DNA of 64,000 nucleotides from Microbotryum violaceum (Eukaryota): positions 1,302,001-1,366,000 of the forward strand of contig CDLV01000007.1 of assembly GCA_001244265.2 (NCBI GenBank), in the 5' to 3' direction. Positions 61,080 through 64,000 of this stretch are shown here, piece by piece. A program made the translations under genes and the position numbers. The notes beneath the pieces were generated by a model. That model saw only the letters and a list, made by a program, of their open reading frames with translations. It was not told where the DNA came from and searched no databases. How positions within the stretch are numbered: the stretch's first letter is position 1; each line of letters opens with the position of its first letter.

Positions 61080-63043
61080 TCACCAGAGACTGTTCATGAG
61101 CTGCAACGAGAGCTCGACACCGAGCTGCAAGGAGACGAGTATCAGTTCGAGTATCGCGACGTTTGAAAAGGCACTGCGAGGCGAATGCTTCATCAAAACG
61201 TACGAAAGTGGCAGCGTTGGCGGGAAAGGCCTGTGAAATGACCGAAATGAAAGCTTGGAGTGAGATTCGTGCATTAGATACTAATTGTGCAACTATGGGA
61301 CAGGGCTTACGCGGAGCATGGCGGGACCGAAGCCTGTTTTCAGGACGAAAGTTTACGACAAGTCAGCTCCGTGCGGAGACGCAGACACACACCCAGATCA
61401 GACCAAAAACGGGACTGACCCTTAAACAAAGCACCAGCACCATCGTTCTTGACCGTCTTCATCGCGCAGTCCACGAAGCCCTTGTACGTGCCCTCGGGCG
61501 CTCCTTGCAATCGCGATTTGATGACCTTTCCGCCCGGATTGACAATCCCACCAATCAGCAAGGTTCTCTTCCAATTCAACGGGTGATTCGTTAGTTCACT
61601 CACATCAGGGGGAATAGCAAACGTCCACATGGTCACACCGGCGAAACCACCAGCGACGACAACCGCTGAGAGCGAAAGCTGAGCCGGGTCCTGACCAGCG
61701 GGAGTGAGCTTCTTCTTGATGGCCTCGTACGCAAGGAAGTAGCTGTTGAACAAAAGAAGACGGGGACGTGATTCCGCGTCAGCAGCTGCCAACAACATTT
61801 GCACACAGTGAGACCGAACTCCGAGCAGAGCACTCGGTGGTGGTCGATCGCACGACTTACGCGGCCGAACCAGGTCCATCACGGGCAAGGGTGGCACCCG
61901 TTCCTCGATAGATCGACTTGATACCACCCTGCTTGTACAACTGAGTGACGGCATCGAGCGGGCCACTGTACATCTGCTTCCCTCCTTGACCTTGCATCTG
62001 CGGACGACGAGTGACCGAGCACCAAGTGAGCGAGTGCCCATATGAAAGTGCGCACCCTGCCTTCGATCGATACTGACCTGGAGAAGAACCTTGACTCGCT
62101 CGACGGGGGTTGCGACAAGGGTCGTGGGCACGGCACTGAAGAAACCGGCAAAGGCGAGCTCGGCGTTGGACAAAGTCGGCGACGTTCGTTCGGGCGTGAA
62201 GCTGTAGACAATCTTCTTTCCCATTGCGTATCCCTGAAGAATGGGGGAGTATACCAAGTGCAGGCAAGGTAGAGAAGAAAGGTAAGCCGCCCGATGTGGG
62301 ACATATCGGTGGTGACGTATCAAAGACTTGCCCAGAACGAAACCGCGAACATGGGGGTGACACCGACAAGGGGCGGACCCATGCCTCGGTAGAAGCTGTG
62401 GAGAGCATATATATGTCAGATCAGGCACGGGACAGGATGACCAGATGAATCTGGGGGCAGGACTGACCCCTTCAACCCGTCTCGTGCGATCGTCTGCTTG
62501 ACGACATCGACCATACCCGTGTACTGACCGGGTGCAGCGGTTTGCAACCTCGTCTTGGTCAGATCAAAGGGTTGACCTGCATGTGTGGCCCGGGATAGGA
62601 TGAGGTCAGTCTTGCATTCTGGTGGAACCTATCGAGGCGGCTGGGCCCTCGCAAGCGGGGTCGGTCGTCGACGTCCGGCTATGTCTTGCGCCGTGATAGC
62701 CCGTGATTCTTGCGGCCCCGGGACGGACGACACCGGCGACGACAATCAATCAAGCCGGGGGAAAAGCAGCAGGAACAAGTCCAACGCACCAACCAAGACG
62801 GAGCAGACACCGCCGAATCCACCGGACAAGAACGACTTGACACCAGCACCCTTCTTCTGAGATACATCCTCGGACTTGGCCGCTGCCGGTGTCGGCGTGG
62901 ACGACGACGGTGCAGGAGCAGATGGCGCTGGGGTGGTCGAGGCGGGTGTCCCAGAGGTGGTCTGCAGGGGGGCAGAAGTTCAGTTTTTCTTCTCGTGTTA
63001 GTACGTGCCGTCGTGCCGTCGTGCTACTCACAGAAGTTGCCAT
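61080..63043 (-). CDS. CRC1: Mitochondrial carnitine/acylcarnitine carrier
   Basis: KSFLSGGFGGVCSVLVG, PFDLTKTRLQT, PVERVKVLLQ, GTGATLARDGPGSAAYF, AIPPDVIKSRLQ, AFPANAATF. Confidence 0.92.
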
Positions 63044-63489
63044 CGTGAGATCGGATGCGGAAGCGGGTGTGAAGAGACCAAACCCGAGGCTGAAGCGCTG
63101 AAGCCTGCAGCGGTTCGGGACTTCTTCAAATTCAAGATCTTCCGTCCCCGGCGCAAGAGCCACTGCACTGCACCAGCGCACACATCACCAAGTCAGCGAT
63201 GCACTCGGTGATCACGACGTCCGGATGTTGGCCTGCATCATTTGGTGTGCTCGATATCCTACTTCCAAAAGACCATGTACCGAACCGACACCTTTGAGAC
63301 CTCATGCAGTGCTGAAATGATTTTCAAGCGCGACAGCTCACGTGATTTCGCGTCGCCTGCGCCCGCCAGCGCCCGCCCGCCCCCACTGCGATCAAAACGT
63401 CATCGCTTCGGAAGTGAGCGATCTCATCATCCTTCCCTCACCACTCTCCTTCTCTCAGCTCGTACCGCATCCCTTAAACTCAAGCCAAC

Positions 63490-63880
63490 ATGTTCTCACT
63501 CATCAACCGATCCGTACGACTGGTTCCCACGTCATTCACGTCAGTACTCCGTCCGCCCGTGCCCCAGTGTTGAAGCGACCTGCCACGAACGATCGATCGA
63601 TCGAACTGAGCGACACCCCACCTTGTCCTCCAGTCGTTCGCTCACCACCACAAGCATCCGCAACGATGCGACTTCCCCCTTGAAAGAACTCAAAAAAGAA
63701 TCCGCCACGATCTCGCACCAAGATGCCAAGAAGAACGAGGCCGAGGCCGAGCAGAAGAAGAAGGCGGATTCCGAGGTCTCTCCCACCAAGTCGAAGAAGG
63801 CAGGGGAGACAACCAAATATGGGACGACGGAGAAGAAAAAGACGGTTGGAGCTCCGAAAGGTGGAAAGAAGAGCCAATAG
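63490..63880 (+). CDS. Small (98 aa) Lys-rich protein with a predicted mitochondrial presequence; two exons
   Basis: ATG 63490; intron 63540-63633 (GTCAGT...CAG) gives MFSLINRSVRLVPTSFTRSLTTTSIRNDATSPLKELKK...GGKKSQ*. Confidence 0.65.
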
Positions 63881-64000
63881 GCCTCGGACGAGGGATGTCT
63901 CGCACTAGGTCGAGGATGTTTGCGCCGAGGCGACACACCGGCTCGATGCTGTGCGGGGGTCTGTGCGTCCATGAATGTACTGTTGGAAGCTGTACAAAGT

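Noticed and set aside
1-64000. Numerous antisense/overlapping ORFs; CRISPR, tRNA or rRNA genes
   Set aside because: The overlaps are shadow frames of GC-rich exons; no repeat-spacer array or recognisable structural RNA was seen by eye

Overview
Gene-dense, intron-rich fungal chromosomal DNA (GTRAGT/GTACGT donors, CTRAC branch points, mostly 50-100 nt introns). Gene content and style suggest a basidiomycete, probably a Pucciniomycotina/Microbotryomycetes yeast (inference). About 25 protein-coding genes were reconstructed by eye across introns: a gamma-tubulin complex subunit, NTH1, a furin-repeat single-pass surface protein, SRP receptor beta, a C2H2 transcription factor, GID4/VID24 (not evident in the ORF track), an HVA22/REEP-like protein, a TMX2-like protein, GAD1, a Rad33/centrin-like protein, PDS5, NAT1, a GGA-like protein, a HotDog thioesterase, a decayed APT1, SEN54, a LENG1-like protein, RPL18, a TRA2-like protein, SHMT, GRC3, DUF1275, CRC1 and a small predicted mitochondrial protein. 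No rRNA, tRNA, CRISPR array or intact transposase was seen. The most notable observations are a centrin/Rad33-like protein with five XPA-like GGGF motifs, an orphan with ETAA1/Dna2-like checkpoint motifs, an AT-rich island whose inverted repeats bracket GID4, spliced non-coding-looking sequence downstream of TRA2, and paired HMG-box sites upstream of the Cys-rich surface protein. All family assignments rest on recalled motifs, not database searches, and exon boundaries are approximate.
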